Part shown: positions 1 to 10,533 of the stretch, piece after piece
Numbering within the stretch: the first letter of the stretch is position 1
Layout: the number at the start of each line of letters is the position of its first letter
Assembly: GCF_035294165.1 (NCBI RefSeq)
Contig: NZ_DATGLN010000170.1
Coordinates: 4,227 to 68,226, forward strand
DNA length: 64,000 nucleotides
DNA from: Chthonomonas sp.
Lineage (GTDB): Bacteria; Armatimonadota; Chthonomonadetes; Chthonomonadales; Chthonomonadaceae
Direction of reading: 5' to 3'
Made by a program: the position numbers and the translations under genes
The notes under the pieces: generated by a model
Databases searched by the model: none
What the model was told of the DNA's origin: nothing
Seen by the model: only the letters and a program-made list of their open reading frames with translations

Positions 1-44
1 TATTAACGCACACATTGTCTGAATAGAGCACTTTTACCGAAATA

Positions 45-74
45 TTGCGATTTTACGGGTGAGAGTGCTATAAT
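45..74 (+). promoter_or_regulatory. sigma70-type promoter upstream of ndk
   Basis: TTGCGA (45-50), 18-bp spacer, extended -10 TGcTATAAT (66-74). Confidence 0.6.
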
Positions 75-117
75 CTGCACTTGGTTTTCCAATGGCGGTA
101 GGCCACGTGAGGAGAGT

Positions 118-534
118 ATGGAACGTACTTTTATTATGGTAAAGCCGGACGGTGTGGAGCGCCGGCTTGTGGGCGAGATCGTTCGGCGGTTTGAGCAGAA
201 GGGGTTACGACTGGTCGGCATGAAGTTGCTGCTGCCCGGCCGCGAGCTTGCCGAGAATCACTACGCAGTGCATCGTGAGCGACCCTTCTTTCAAGACCTT
301 GTGAATTTTATTACCAGTGGGCCGGTAGTCGCGATGGTATGGGAAGGGCCTAATGCAGTACGCCTTTCCCGAGCCCTTATCGGTGCCACAAACCCGCTTG
401 ATGCCGCTCCGGGAACCATACGAGGCGATTTTGCTACCGAGATCACCACGAATCTCGTGCACGGTTCCGATTCGGTGGAGACGGCGGAGAAGGAGATAGC
501 GCTCTGGTTTCGACCGGAGGAGCTGTTACGCTAA
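118..534 (+). CDS. ndk: Nucleoside diphosphate kinase
   Basis: [13 protein letters not shown] start, [19 protein letters not shown] and catalytic NLVHGSDS motifs; GAGGAG RBS. Confidence 0.97.
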   Translation: MERTFIMVKPDGVERRLVGEIVRRFEQKGLRLVGMKLLLPGRELAENHYAVHRERPFFQDLVNFITSGPVVAMVWEGPNAVRLSRALIGATNPLDAAPGTIRGDFATEITTNLVHGSDSVETAEKEIALWFRPEELLR

Positions 535-692
535 GCGCTTCGAAAAATCTTGCAATCGGCGTAAAAAGTTTTCCCGTATTCGCGCGAAATGCGGTATAAT
601 CTGAAAGGTAGGGTAGAAGGAACCTTCCCTACTTTGAAGAGATTCTGAGCTTCCACAAGAAGTTGAAATAGGCTAGATAGAGAGGAACCATC

Positions 693-1703
693 ATGGCAAA
701 AACCATTGCCGAACGCTCCGCGAGGGGCGAGCTAACACGCGATGAGCTTATTGACCTCTATCGTCTCATGCTCCGTATCCGACGGATGGAAGAGTCGGTC
801 TATCAGAAATTCCACGAGGGCAAGATCGGGGGCTATCTGCATCGCTACGACGGTCAAGAAGCCCTTGTAGCCGGCGTCATTCCCCAACTGCGTCTTCCTG
901 GTGATTATGTGCTCTGCACCTATCGCGATCACGCCCATGCGTTGGCCTGTGGCACCGAGATGCGCGCCATCATGGCGGAGCTTTTAGGGCGCGCCACCGG
1001 TTGTGCCGGTGGAAAAGGAGGCTCGATGCACCTTATCAATCCGGATCGCGGCTTCCTGGGCGGCGACGGTATTGTTGGAGGGCCGGTGCCGATCTCGTTG
1101 GGGGTTGGCTACGCGTTGAAATATAGAGGGGGCGACAATATCTGCGTCTGCTATTTCGGCGATGGGGCCATGAACCAGGGGGGAGTACATGAGGCTTTGA
1201 ATATGGTGGGTCTCTACAAGCTCCCCATTCTTTATGTGCTGGAGAACAACCAGTACGCCATGGGAACTTCGGTGCAGCGCTCCACCGGGCAGCCCGACTT
1301 CGTGTTGAAGGCGAAGGCGCACGGCATTGAGGGAGAGCGGGTAGATGGCATGAATGTGTTGACCATGCATGAGGTCGCTCGTCGAGCCATTGAGCGCATC
1401 CGGAAGACGGGGGAGGCCTACTTTTTGCAGGCCGACTGCTATCGCTTCGTGGGGCACGGCATTGGAGATGACAACACCAAAGGTTGGATGTTCTACCGAA
1501 CCGAAGAAGAGGTTCAAAAGTGGCGTCAGCGCGACCCGATTCTGCAGCTTCAGAAGTATCTCCAAGAGCACAGCCTTATTTCCGCAGAAGAGCTAGATCA
1601 GATCGAGCAAGAGGCCCGCGCCGAGGTCGCCGATGCCATTGCTTTTGCTGAAAACAGCCCTGAACCTCCTCTCGATAGCCTCTACGATCATGTCTATGTG
1701 TAG
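693..1703 (+). CDS. pdhA: Pyruvate (or acetoin) dehydrogenase E1 alpha subunit
   Basis: GKGGSMH, TPP-binding FGDGAMNQG...ENNQY, YRFVGH; first gene of an E1a-E1b-E2 cluster. Confidence 0.9.
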   Translation: MAKTIAERSARGELTRDELIDLYRLMLRIRRMEESVYQKFHEGKIGGYLHRYDGQEALVAGVIPQLRLPGDYVLCTYRDHAHALACGTEMRAIMAELLGRATGCAGGKGGSMHLINPDRGFLGGDGIVGGPVPISLGVGYALKYRGGDNICVCYFGDGAMNQGGVHEALNMVGLYKLPILYVLENNQYAMGTSVQRSTGQPDFVLKAKAHGIEGERVDGMNVLTMHEVARRAIERIRKTGEAYFLQADCYRFVGHGIGDDNTKGWMFYRTEEEVQKWRQRDPILQLQKYLQEHSLISAEELDQIEQEARAEVADAIAFAENSPEPPLDSLYDHVYV

Positions 1704-1740
1704 ATGCCGACACCAAAAGGGAGGAGTTCTTTTTTAGACC

Positions 1741-2718
1741 ATGGCACGAATGCGCTATAATCAGGCCCTGCGACTTGCCCTTGCGGAGGAGATGGAGCGC
1801 GACCCCAATGTGTTTATCTGCGGCGAGGACGTGGGGCAGTATCAGGGAACCTATAGGGTGACCGAAGGGTTGTTTCAGCAGTTTGGCCCTCGACGAGTGC
1901 TCGATACACCCATTAGTGAAATCGGCATTGCAGGCCTTGCTACCGGAGCGGCCATGGTGGGGTTGCGGCCTGTGGCCGAGTTCATGACTTGGTCTTTCGC
2001 TTTGGAAGCGATGGACCAGTTGGTGAATCATGCCGCGAAGATCACCTATATGTCTAGCGGTCGAATCCACTGCCCCGTCGTCTTTCGTGGGCCGGCCGGG
2101 GTGGGCACGCAGTTGTCCGCTCAACATTCGCAAAGCCTTGAATCGTGGTATGCCCATACTCCCGGCTTTAAAGTGGTAGTTCCCTCCACGCCAGCCGACG
2201 CGAAGGGCCTCTTAAAGGCCGCAATTCGAGACGATAACCCGGTGATTTTTATGGAGCATGCCAGCCTGTATGGGCTTGCCGGCGAGGTGCCGGAAGACCC
2301 CGATTTCACCCTGCCGTTAGGGGTGGCTTCGGTTGTGCGCGAAGGCTCCGATGTAACCCTGATCTCCTATCTGCGATGCCTGCATCTGTGCCTCAAAGCG
2401 GCAGAGATGTTGGAGAAAGAGAACATCTCCTGTGAGGTCATTGACCTCCGTACACTCGTGCCGTTAGACGTGGATGCCTTGTTGCGTTCCATTAAAAAGA
2501 CTCATCGTGCCGTGGTGGTTCACGATGAGTGGCGAAATGTGTCCATTAGCGCGGAGATCGCCGCTCGGCTATACGAGCAGGGCTATGACGAGCTAGATGC
2601 GCCCGTCGAGCGCGTGGCCGGGGCCGACGTACCCATGCCTTACGCGCGCAATTTGGAACGAGCCGCCATTCCCAATGAGAACGAGATTGTAGCCGCGGTG
2701 AGGCGCACTCTCGCCTAG
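1741..2718 (+). CDS. pdhB: Pyruvate dehydrogenase E1 beta subunit
   Basis: GEDVG, DTPISE, RPVAEFM, AQHSQSLE, VIDLRTLVPLD, DAPVERV motifs. Confidence 0.92.
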   Translation: MARMRYNQALRLALAEEMERDPNVFICGEDVGQYQGTYRVTEGLFQQFGPRRVLDTPISEIGIAGLATGAAMVGLRPVAEFMTWSFALEAMDQLVNHAAKITYMSSGRIHCPVVFRGPAGVGTQLSAQHSQSLESWYAHTPGFKVVVPSTPADAKGLLKAAIRDDNPVIFMEHASLYGLAGEVPEDPDFTLPLGVASVVREGSDVTLISYLRCLHLCLKAAEMLEKENISCEVIDLRTLVPLDVDALLRSIKKTHRAVVVHDEWRNVSISAEIAARLYEQGYDELDAPVERVAGADVPMPYARNLERAAIPNENEIVAAVRRTLA

Positions 2719-2813
2719 GTCTTTAGACAAAGTATTTTATCATTCCAGAAAGGTCGAAAAAGAGGCTGCGCTCCTAAAGGCATGGCCTCCTTTCTATCTG
2801 TTGAGGTGAACTC

Positions 2814-4091
2814 ATGGCAGAAGTTCGCATGCCTAAAATGGGCGATGGCATGGAAGAGGGGACGATCATCGCTTGGCTGAAGAAAGAGGGCGAGCCTGTC
2901 GCCAAAGGTGAGGCTATCGCCGAGATCGAAACGGATAAAGCAAGAGTCCCTCTGGAGTCGTACGAGGAGGGGGTTTTAACAAAGATTTTGGTGCAGCCAG
3001 GTGAGACCGTCCCTATTGGAACGGCTGTTGCTATTGTTGGGGAGCCAACCGCCCAGAAAACCGATTCGCAACGCTCGAACGGCGCAACGGCCTCCTCCAC
3101 CGAGGAATCCCAAAATCGGCTTTCCTCTGCTCAAACAACGACCAACACGGCTACCCCTCTCTCGCAAGCGACGATAACCACAAGCGCTCAGTCGGAGGAG
3201 CGCGTGCGTGCCTCGGGCCTGGCGCGCTCCATCGCAAAGCAGTATGGCATAGACTTGCATCAGATTAAAGGCACAGGGCCGAACGGGCGCATCGTTGAGC
3301 GCGATGTTCGCGCCTTTCTGCAAACCCAGACAACACCAACGGCTCCGGAAACCGCTCCCGTTGTGGAGCGAGCGCCGGAATCGGTGCCCACAACCGTCCC
3401 GGGACAGGAGATACAGCCGTCGCGCATGCGCCGCGCCATAGCCGAACGCACGCGCAAGAGCAAGCAAAATATCCCCCATTTCTACGTAACTATGGTCATC
3501 GAGATGGATCGGGCGCGGGCGCTTTTGCAGGAGCTTAACGCCGATGCAAGCGATGGAAATAAGATCACCGTTAATGACCTCATCGTTAAGGCCTGCGCTG
3601 TCGCTCTCACCCGTGTGCCCGAAGTCAACGCTTCATGGACGGATAATAACACCATCGTGCGGCACGAGGCCATTCATATCGGCATCGCCGTGGGCATTGA
3701 GGAGGGGCTGATCGTGCCGGTGGTGCGCGATTGCCAAGCAAAGACATTGCGACAGATATCCGCCGAAGCCAAGCAACTGATCGCCAAAGCCCGCAGCGGC
3801 CAGCTGAAGCCGGAAGAGTATAGCGGCAGCACATTCAGCATTTCCAACCTTGGCATGATGGGCGTGGATGAATTTACGGCCATCATCAACCCACCAGACG
3901 CTGCAATATTGGCGGTTGGCGGCATTTTCCGTGAGCCGGTAGTGGTGGGCGACACCGACGAGATCGCCATCCGCGCCCGCATGAAGGTGACCCTCTCCGC
4001 CGACCATCGGGTGCTCGATGGAGTGGTGGCCGCCCGATTTTTGCAGGAGCTGAAGCGAGTTCTAGAAGCACCCTTATCGTTGCTCTCCTAA
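2814..4091 (+). CDS. pdhC: Dihydrolipoamide acetyltransferase E2 (one lipoyl domain)
   Basis: Lipoyl motif EIETDKA, E3-binding GTGPNGRIVERDV, catalytic SADHRVLDG. Confidence 0.92.
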   Translation: MAEVRMPKMGDGMEEGTIIAWLKKEGEPVAKGEAIAEIETDKARVPLESYEEGVLTKILVQPGETVPIGTAVAIVGEPTAQKTDSQRSNGATASSTEESQNRLSSAQTTTNTATPLSQATITTSAQSEERVRASGLARSIAKQYGIDLHQIKGTGPNGRIVERDVRAFLQTQTTPTAPETAPVVERAPESVPTTVPGQEIQPSRMRRAIAERTRKSKQNIPHFYVTMVIEMDRARALLQELNADASDGNKITVNDLIVKACAVALTRVPEVNASWTDNNTIVRHEAIHIGIAVGIEEGLIVPVVRDCQAKTLRQISAEAKQLIAKARSGQLKPEEYSGSTFSISNLGMMGVDEFTAIINPPDAAILAVGGIFREPVVVGDTDEIAIRARMKVTLSADHRVLDGVVAARFLQELKRVLEAPLSLLS

Positions 4092-4207
4092 AATTTCGCC
4101 AGCTGAAAAGCACATCTGTAAGAGAATGGGAACCTCTTTGCAAGCAAAATCCGGTAAAATGCACAGGCAGTGCCACTTCGGCGTTGTATGAAGGGACTTA
4201 GGCCGAT

Positions 4208-5353
4208 ATGAATCCGGCGCGCTTCTTCTTCTCCGAGAAGCTTCTTGAATACGATATGGGGCCAGGCCATCCCCTCAAGCCGATTCGGCTGGAAATGACC
4301 TACGCTCTTCTGGAGAGTTATGGTCTTTTTGAGGAGGCCTTGGAAAAGGTAGAACCAGAACTTGCAAGCGACGAAGAGGTCTGTCTCTCTCATAGTGCGG
4401 AGTATCTTGATGTGCTGCGGCGTTTGGAGAGGGGCGAGCCGGTGGCTGATGTGTACCGATATGGGCTAAATACGCCCGATAACCCTCTGTTTCCTCGCAT
4501 CTATACCGCCTCTATGCGCTATACAGGGGCCTCCATAGGGGCGGCACAGGCCGTGATCGAGGCGAAATCACAAGAGGGCCAGCCGGTAGCCTTCAACTTG
4601 TCGGGAGGGCTGCATCATGCGCACTACAGTCGTGCCTCTGGTTTTTGCGTGTTAAACGACTGTGCGGTAGGAATACGACGCCTTCTTCGCGGGTTTTCAC
4701 GGGTGGCCTATGTGGATATTGATGTACATCATGGAGATGGGGTTCAGGAATCGTTTTATCGTGATCCGAATGTTCTGACCATCTCGATCCATGAGAATGG
4801 AAGAACGCTCTTTCCCGGCACCGGTTTCCCTGAGGAGATAGGAGAAGGGGCTGGATTGGGCACAAGCGTTAATATTCCGTTGGCACCAAACACGCCCGAT
4901 GAGGTATGGCTTTGGGCATGGCGCGAGGTGGCGATTCCTATCCTAGAAGCTTACCATCCCGACGCCATCTTTCTGCAGATGGGAACCGATGCCCATGCCT
5001 ACGACCCGCTCGCCCATGTCTGTTTGAGTGCGCAAGGCTGGTTGCAGGCCGTTAAGGATGTAAAAGCTTTGGGCAAACCCATTGTCGCCGTAGGGGGAGG
5101 CGGCTATAATTTAACCACCGTTCCGCGCATGTGGACGTTGGCGGTGGCCACTCTGATCGGCAAGGAGATAGCGGACACAACCCCGCAGAGCTATGCCTAT
5201 CACGAAAGCATACCGCAGCTTACCGACCCCATCGAGCCGGCAGTCTCCGATGCAGAACGCCAGGCTGCATGGGCATTTGCTAAAAGAACCGTTCAACAAG
5301 TCAAAAGCCTTCTCTTTCCTTACTATGGACTAGGCAAATCCAGTATCAATTAA
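4208..5353 (+). CDS. acuC: Zn-dependent histone deacetylase family protein (AcuC-like)
   Basis: GHPLKPIR, GGLHHA, SGFCVLND, YVDIDVHHGDG, FPGTG, GTDAH, GGGGY. Confidence 0.85.
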   Translation: MNPARFFFSEKLLEYDMGPGHPLKPIRLEMTYALLESYGLFEEALEKVEPELASDEEVCLSHSAEYLDVLRRLERGEPVADVYRYGLNTPDNPLFPRIYTASMRYTGASIGAAQAVIEAKSQEGQPVAFNLSGGLHHAHYSRASGFCVLNDCAVGIRRLLRGFSRVAYVDIDVHHGDGVQESFYRDPNVLTISIHENGRTLFPGTGFPEEIGEGAGLGTSVNIPLAPNTPDEVWLWAWREVAIPILEAYHPDAIFLQMGTDAHAYDPLAHVCLSAQGWLQAVKDVKALGKPIVAVGGGGYNLTTVPRMWTLAVATLIGKEIADTTPQSYAYHESIPQLTDPIEPAVSDAERQAAWAFAKRTVQQVKSLLFPYYGLGKSSIN

Positions 5354-5384
5354 CAATGCTTGCGAAGGAGCATTTCAAATCAAC

Positions 5385-6521
5385 ATGATTAAAGCAAAGC
5401 GGGTGCTATTCCCTGCACTGGGAATAGCTTTGACGATGGTGTGGCGAGGCGCTATGGCGGCGCCTCAGGCGCAACCGAATGCCGGGGCACCCCAACAGGC
5501 CAACAGTTCGGCTCCTGGCGGGGGCGCACCTCAAATTGTAGGTAGCGTTTTTGGAGAGAATCTGACCTGGGACGACTTTATTTCCCAGTTTCGTAAGGAC
5601 TTTCCTCAGCAGTTTAAGGATACCGTTGCCCAGGTGATCGGCCCGTCGGTGGCCGATCAGCTCTTTGGCGATAGCCCTAAAACGTCGGTTACGTTGACAC
5701 CGGATGAGGTGCTACAACAGTTAAAACAAAATCCACCGCCTAGTCTCTATAATGCGGTAAATGCCATTTTGCAACTCATGATGGTGGAGCATGAGGCTGC
5801 TGCCGAGGGGGTAACCGTTACCCCTGCCGAGGTCGATCAGGCGCTGGATCAGCAGCTCAAACAGCTGCGAACGCAGGGGGTTATTCCTGCCAGTCTTACG
5901 GACGATCAGTTTCTTGCCCAGCGCCACATCAGCCGCGATCAACTGCGCGTGTCGGAGCGTTTTCGCCTGTTGCTCGAGGGGTTGATGAAAAAAGACCTTG
6001 AGAAGAAGCTTGGGCACCCCATAGGGCCGGGCGATTTTGTGGATGCGCGTCATATCCTCATCAAAGCGCCCGACATTCAACCGAACTCCTCGGCCGCCGA
6101 TAAAAAGGCCGATGCCGATGCAAAAGCGAAAGCCGAACAGATTCGCGCGCAGATCCTGGCTAAAAAGATCAGCTTTGAAGATGCTGCTAAGAAATATAGC
6201 GATGACACCGGCTCTAAAAACCGCGGTGGCGATTTAGGCGTCTTCATGCGGGGACAGATGGTGGCTCCCTTCGATGCGGCTGTTTTTAGCCTAAAACCGG
6301 GGCAGATCAGCCAGCCGGTACATACGCAATACGGCTATCATCTCATCGAAGTGATAAAGACCGGGGATCAGATTCCGGCCGATCAGCGCCAGCAGGTGCT
6401 TGACCAGGTTCTCAATCAACAGGCGAACGAGTATATCACGCAGCTATCTCAAAAGGCCGGTCTGAAAAACAACCTACAACCTCCGGCCCCTATGGGCTTG
6501 CCACCTCAGGCCGGGCGTTAA
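5385..6521 (+). CDS. Secreted parvulin/PpiC-type peptidyl-prolyl isomerase (PrsA/SurA-like foldase)
   Basis: Signal peptide, SurA-N-like helical region, rotamase motifs ARHILIK, FEDAAKKYSDD, GGDLG, TQYGYHLI. Confidence 0.88.
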   Translation: MIKAKRVLFPALGIALTMVWRGAMAAPQAQPNAGAPQQANSSAPGGGAPQIVGSVFGENLTWDDFISQFRKDFPQQFKDTVAQVIGPSVADQLFGDSPKTSVTLTPDEVLQQLKQNPPPSLYNAVNAILQLMMVEHEAAAEGVTVTPAEVDQALDQQLKQLRTQGVIPASLTDDQFLAQRHISRDQLRVSERFRLLLEGLMKKDLEKKLGHPIGPGDFVDARHILIKAPDIQPNSSAADKKADADAKAKAEQIRAQILAKKISFEDAAKKYSDDTGSKNRGGDLGVFMRGQMVAPFDAAVFSLKPGQISQPVHTQYGYHLIEVIKTGDQIPADQRQQVLDQVLNQQANEYITQLSQKAGLKNNLQPPAPMGLPPQAGR

Positions 6522-6549
6522 GATGCTTTGCTAGAGAGGGACGCAGAAG

Positions 6550-9500
6550 ATGCTAGGTCGTACTTCAGGGTCGCTAATCTCTGTATGGGGGCGTGTTGCT
6601 TTGTTAAGTGGGCTTGGTTTAGGGCTTTGGGGGCTATCTCTAAGCCCTAACCGGCCTGCCAATGCGCAAGGGAACGGCGATCAGAATCCCCCTTCGACTT
6701 CAGGCACTACGGTCACTCCAACGCCCCAAAAGCAGGAGGAGGATTTAAAGGCTCTTCAAAAACAGCAGCAAACACCTGTTGCACCGCCCGCCAATCCGCT
6801 GGTGCAGCCCACAGATAGCAGCGGCAAAAGCCTCAACGGTACGCCAAACAAGGCGGTGGAGCAGACCTTAGAGCAGAGCCTAAAGGATTTCGGAGATTTT
6901 AGTCCGAATCCGCCGGATGCCCGTACCTTCAAGCGCCCTGAAGACCTCCCTCTCTTCGGTTACGACTTTTTCGAGCCGGCACGAGAATACATTCTCGCCA
7001 GACGCGCCTTTTTGATGCAGTACTATCCCTATCTCAAAATGACTGTTGGAGGCGCTGCAACATCTTCTTCTACTTCTTCTACGCCTCCGATCTCCCCAAC
7101 GCAGCCCACAAGCAATCCGAATGCAGCCGGCATCGCGACAGGCAACCCAATGCCTCAACCTCCCGTCAATGCGCCTCAGCCAACTCAACCCATTGTACCT
7201 CCTTTGCCTGGAGCAACCTCCACCCAGCAACCTCCTTTAGGGCCTCTTGGCGCTGCGGCGTTAACGGCGGGAGTAATGGGGCAAACCACCGTACCCTCCC
7301 AGAACTCCGAGAATCCAACGCCCTCTTTAGGAACGGAGAACCAATATCCGTATGCCGCTCCCTATAACTATCCGTATGCTCCCTACTCTCATATGCCTCC
7401 CCTAATGGGCTATCCCTATGGCAACCCTCTTTACCCACCATTTGGTGGCCCTTATGCGGTGCCTAATGGCGTCTATGGCAGTCCCGTAACGCAACAGCCC
7501 GGCGAAAACGCGATCAATGCCTACAATGGAGTGGCCGACCCACTCGAGCAGATGGTGTTCAACATCATTTCGTCTCCTCCCTTGAACTATCAACTCTTTG
7601 GTGGAGATGTGGTGGTCGTTCGATACTCTAATCCGGCTATGGAGCCGCGCGTTCTTACCTTGCAGGTAAGCCCGCAAGGGGAGTTGGATTTAGGTAAAGA
7701 TGGCCGAGTGAACGTGGCAGGGATGACGTTGGCCCAGGCAGAGCAGGCCCTACGTGCGCATCTGAGCCGTTATTATCGTAATGTGGATGTCTCAATCAGC
7801 CTCTCACGATTGCGCACTATCTCGGTAACCGTGATGGGGCATGTGTTTGCGCCAGGCACCTACATTGTGCCGGCGGTGGCAACCGCTTTTAATGTGCTGT
7901 ACGCTGCCGGCGGCCCCACAAAGGACGGCTCGTTTCGCGATATCGAGGTGCGGCGCGGCAATAAGGTGTTGCCTCTTGACCTCTATCAACTCATGGCCGA
8001 TCTACCCGCTAAGGGAGGAACCTCTCGCTTCGATATTCCGCTTCAACCAGGCGATGTCATCTTCGTGCCCGGTACCGATGAACGGGTCTATGCTATGGGG
8101 GAGGTGCGCTCACCTGCCTGTTATGAGTTGAAGCAAGGGGAGACGTTGGCCGATCTCCTACACCTTGCCGGGGGGGTTCGCGCTGCCGGAGTTAGCCATG
8201 CGGTGCAGGTAATCACGGTGCAGCCCGGAAAGGCGAGGGTAATTCACACAGTAGACCTCGCAGATAGCTCTGCCGTTGCGCATTTTCGCCTTTACGATGG
8301 CGATATTGTGAACGTACTGCAGTTACGGCCTACTATCCAGAACGTGGTACGGATTGATGGGGCTGTGGCTCAGCCAAGTGCCTACGCCCTAACCCCCGGA
8401 ATGCGCATAGCCGATCTGGTGCAGATGGCCGGTGGCCCTCTCAGTGAGGCCTATCTCCAACGCGCCGCTCTCTATCGTTGGAACCCAAGCGGCGTTCCGA
8501 CCTACATTCCCATTCATTTGGCCGCCGCTCTGGAGGGCGATCCGGCAGCCAATATTCCCTTACAGCGGTGGGATAAACTGGAAATTTATACCGTCCAACA
8601 AGCGGCCTTTATGGGGGAGCGTAAGGTAACCGTTCGCGGAGATGTACAGCGCCCAGGCGTGTATCAGTACAGCGAAGGAATGCATCTCAGCGATCTGCTG
8701 CTGAAGGCCGGTGGGCCGCTTCCCGATGCTGCCTTGGTGGTGGATGAGCGCCAAAATGGAGATGGAAGTAAGCGCTACTACTACGCCACCATAGATGAGC
8801 TGCAGGCGGGAGATGGTCAGAAGAACATTGCGGTGCACGATAACGATGTCGTCGCCGTCTACACCGAGGCGCAGGCGCAATATATGCCGGCACATAAGGT
8901 GGTGATCTTGGGACTGGTGAACGCTCCCGGTCAGTACGATAGAGGCGAGGATATGCATCTCAGCGATCTACTACGCCTCGCCGGCGGGTTGCTGCCAAAC
9001 GCCAGCAATCAGATTGTGATAGCCCATGCACGCCAATTCGTAAGCGGCAACGAAAGTCCTACGCAAACCGTGATGGTCACACGAGGCCCTCACGGCGAGT
9101 GCGTGCCCGATCAAGACCCCCTGTTGCGCGATGGGGATGTGGTAACCGTGCCTGGAGTGGGGCACTATCAGGAAAAGCCGATGGTGGCCTATATTCAAGG
9201 GCAGGTAGAACATCCGGGCCCCTACATTATCACCAAGACGACCCGTATCAGCGATCTCGTTCGCATGGCCGGTGGGCTAACCAAAGAGGCGTTTCCTGAA
9301 GGTGCCCAGTTCAACAGAAACCCGGATGAAATGGCCTCGCCGGAGCAGAAACAACTTGCTCGCGTCATTAGCGACCTTGCTGACCTCTATAACCAAAGTG
9401 ACTATAAACGACAGCTAGCGCTTTCCGATTTGGAGCGCATTAAGGCTGCCGGCAATGCGGCCACAAGCAGCGTGCCACTCACCACCAATGGGCAGGCAGC

Positions 9501-10023
9501 CGGCAGCTCTGCGGCAGCCACGTTGGCTTTGGAGCTTTCCAAGCGCGATCTGGTTTCGCCACCGCGCGTGCTTGGCCCAACCGACCTGCAGCCCAACGGC
9601 AACATCGCTATTAACCTGCCGGAAGCGCTGAAACATCCGGGTGGGCCGGATGATCTGCTTTTGGCAGATGGCGATCAACTCACCATTCCAACCGTGCCAA
9701 CAACGGTACAGGTGATCGGCGCTGTTGTTCAACCGCGAGGGGTGATCTATCGTAAAGGTGAGGGAATTTCTTACTACGTCAATCAAGCAGGCGGTTATGC
9801 TCCGGATGCGGCTTTAGACCATATCGTGGTGATTCATGCAGGGGGTGGCCTCACTCCAGGCTATAAGGTGCGCTCTTTGGAGCCGGGAGATCTGATCTTT
9901 GTTCCTACGAAGGTCCTTGCCGCCAAGCTTTCAGGGGGAGGAAACAACATTGAGGACTTCTTCCGCGCCCTTACCACCAGCGCCATCATTTTCCGCATCG
10001 CTACGGGGCTGGTGGGCTTGTAA
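6550..10023 (+). CDS. Polysaccharide export protein, Poly_export plus multiple SLBB domains (Wza/KpsD-like)
   Basis: LPLFGYDFF, Poly_export core (VAGMTLAQAEQAL) and repeated SLBB units (V.G.V..PG.Y ... L.DL...AGG ... L..GD). Confidence 0.85.
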   Translation: MLGRTSGSLISVWGRVALLSGLGLGLWGLSLSPNRPANAQGNGDQNPPSTSGTTVTPTPQKQEEDLKALQKQQQTPVAPPANPLVQPTDSSGKSLNGTPNKAVEQTLEQSLKDFGDFSPNPPDARTFKRPEDLPLFGYDFFEPAREYILARRAFLMQYYPYLKMTVGGAATSSSTSSTPPISPTQPTSNPNAAGIATGNPMPQPPVNAPQPTQPIVPPLPGATSTQQPPLGPLGAAALTAGVMGQTTVPSQNSENPTPSLGTENQYPYAAPYNYPYAPYSHMPPLMGYPYGNPLYPPFGGPYAVPNGVYGSPVTQQPGENAINAYNGVADPLEQMVFNIISSPPLNYQLFGGDVVVVRYSNPAMEPRVLTLQVSPQGELDLGKDGRVNVAGMTLAQAEQALRAHLSRYYRNVDVSISLSRLRTISVTVMGHVFAPGTYIVPAVATAFNVLYAAGGPTKDGSFRDIEVRRGNKVLPLDLYQLMADLPAKGGTSRFDIPLQPGDVIFVPGTDERVYAMGEVRSPACYELKQGETLADLLHLAGGVRAAGVSHAVQVITVQPGKARVIHTVDLADSSAVAHFRLYDGDIVNVLQLRPTIQNVVRIDGAVAQPSAYALTPGMRIADLVQMAGGPLSEAYLQRAALYRWNPSGVPTYIPIHLAAALEGDPAANIPLQRWDKLEIYTVQQAAFMGERKVTVRGDVQRPGVYQYSEGMHLSDLLLKAGGPLPDAALVVDERQNGDGSKRYYYATIDELQAGDGQKNIAVHDNDVVAVYTEAQAQYMPAHKVVILGLVNAPGQYDRGEDMHLSDLLRLAGGLLPNASNQIVIAHARQFVSGNESPTQTVMVTRGPHGECVPDQDPLLRDGDVVTVPGVGHYQEKPMVAYIQGQVEHPGPYIITKTTRISDLVRMAGGLTKEAFPEGAQFNRNPDEMASPEQKQLARVISDLADLYNQSDYKRQLALSDLERIKAAGNAATSSVPLTTNGQAAGSSAAATLALELSKRDLVSPPRVLGPTDLQPNGNIAINLPEALKHPGGPDDLLLADGDQLTIPTVPTTVQVIGAVVQPRGVIYRKGEGISYYVNQAGGYAPDAALDHIVVIHAGGGLTPGYKVRSLEPGDLIFVPTKVLAAKLSGGGNNIEDFFRALTTSAIIFRIATGLVGL

Positions 10024-10097
10024 GGTGTCTCGCCGTTCCGTCTGCTAAAAACGTATGGCTAGGCTCCAGTTTGGAGGCGAAGATACCGAAGAATCTC

Positions 10098-10127
10098 TTG
10101 ACAAGAGGCGGGCTGTCGTGCCAAAAT
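10098..10127 (+). promoter_or_regulatory. Promoter of tRNA-Asn
   Basis: Perfect TTGACA at 10098, then TGcCAAAAT, about 30 nt before the tRNA. Confidence 0.6.
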
Positions 10128-10156
10128 AGTAGAGGCTTTTCGGAAAGGCTTCCTAT

Positions 10157-10229
<73 letters not shown>

Positions 10230-10244
10230 TTAAAAAGGTGACAG

Positions 10245-10275
10245 GGTAGAACTTCGGTCGAAGTTCTACCTTTTT
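10245..10275 (+). terminator. Rho-independent terminator after tRNA-Asn
   Basis: GGTAGAACTTC-ggtc-GAAGTTCTACC followed by TTTTT. Confidence 0.85.
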
Positions 10276-10533
10276 GCTTTTTAGAGCAGAGGCAGAGGCT
10301 GGGGGATGATAGGTAGAGGGTGAACAAACTTACTGTCATGAAACCGGCCGGGCATAAAGCCAAACGGGATTTGAGATGGGCACAGGGCGATATGGACTAT
10401 TTTGTTGTCACTTTTTATCTTTTTGGATGTCAAAGCAGTTGGAACTACTACTCTCTCTACGTTAACTTAAGGCTTTATTGTTCGTTCTTTCATTAAAGCA
10501 TTAAAGACAGAAAAGTGTGGAAAGGAGTTCTGT

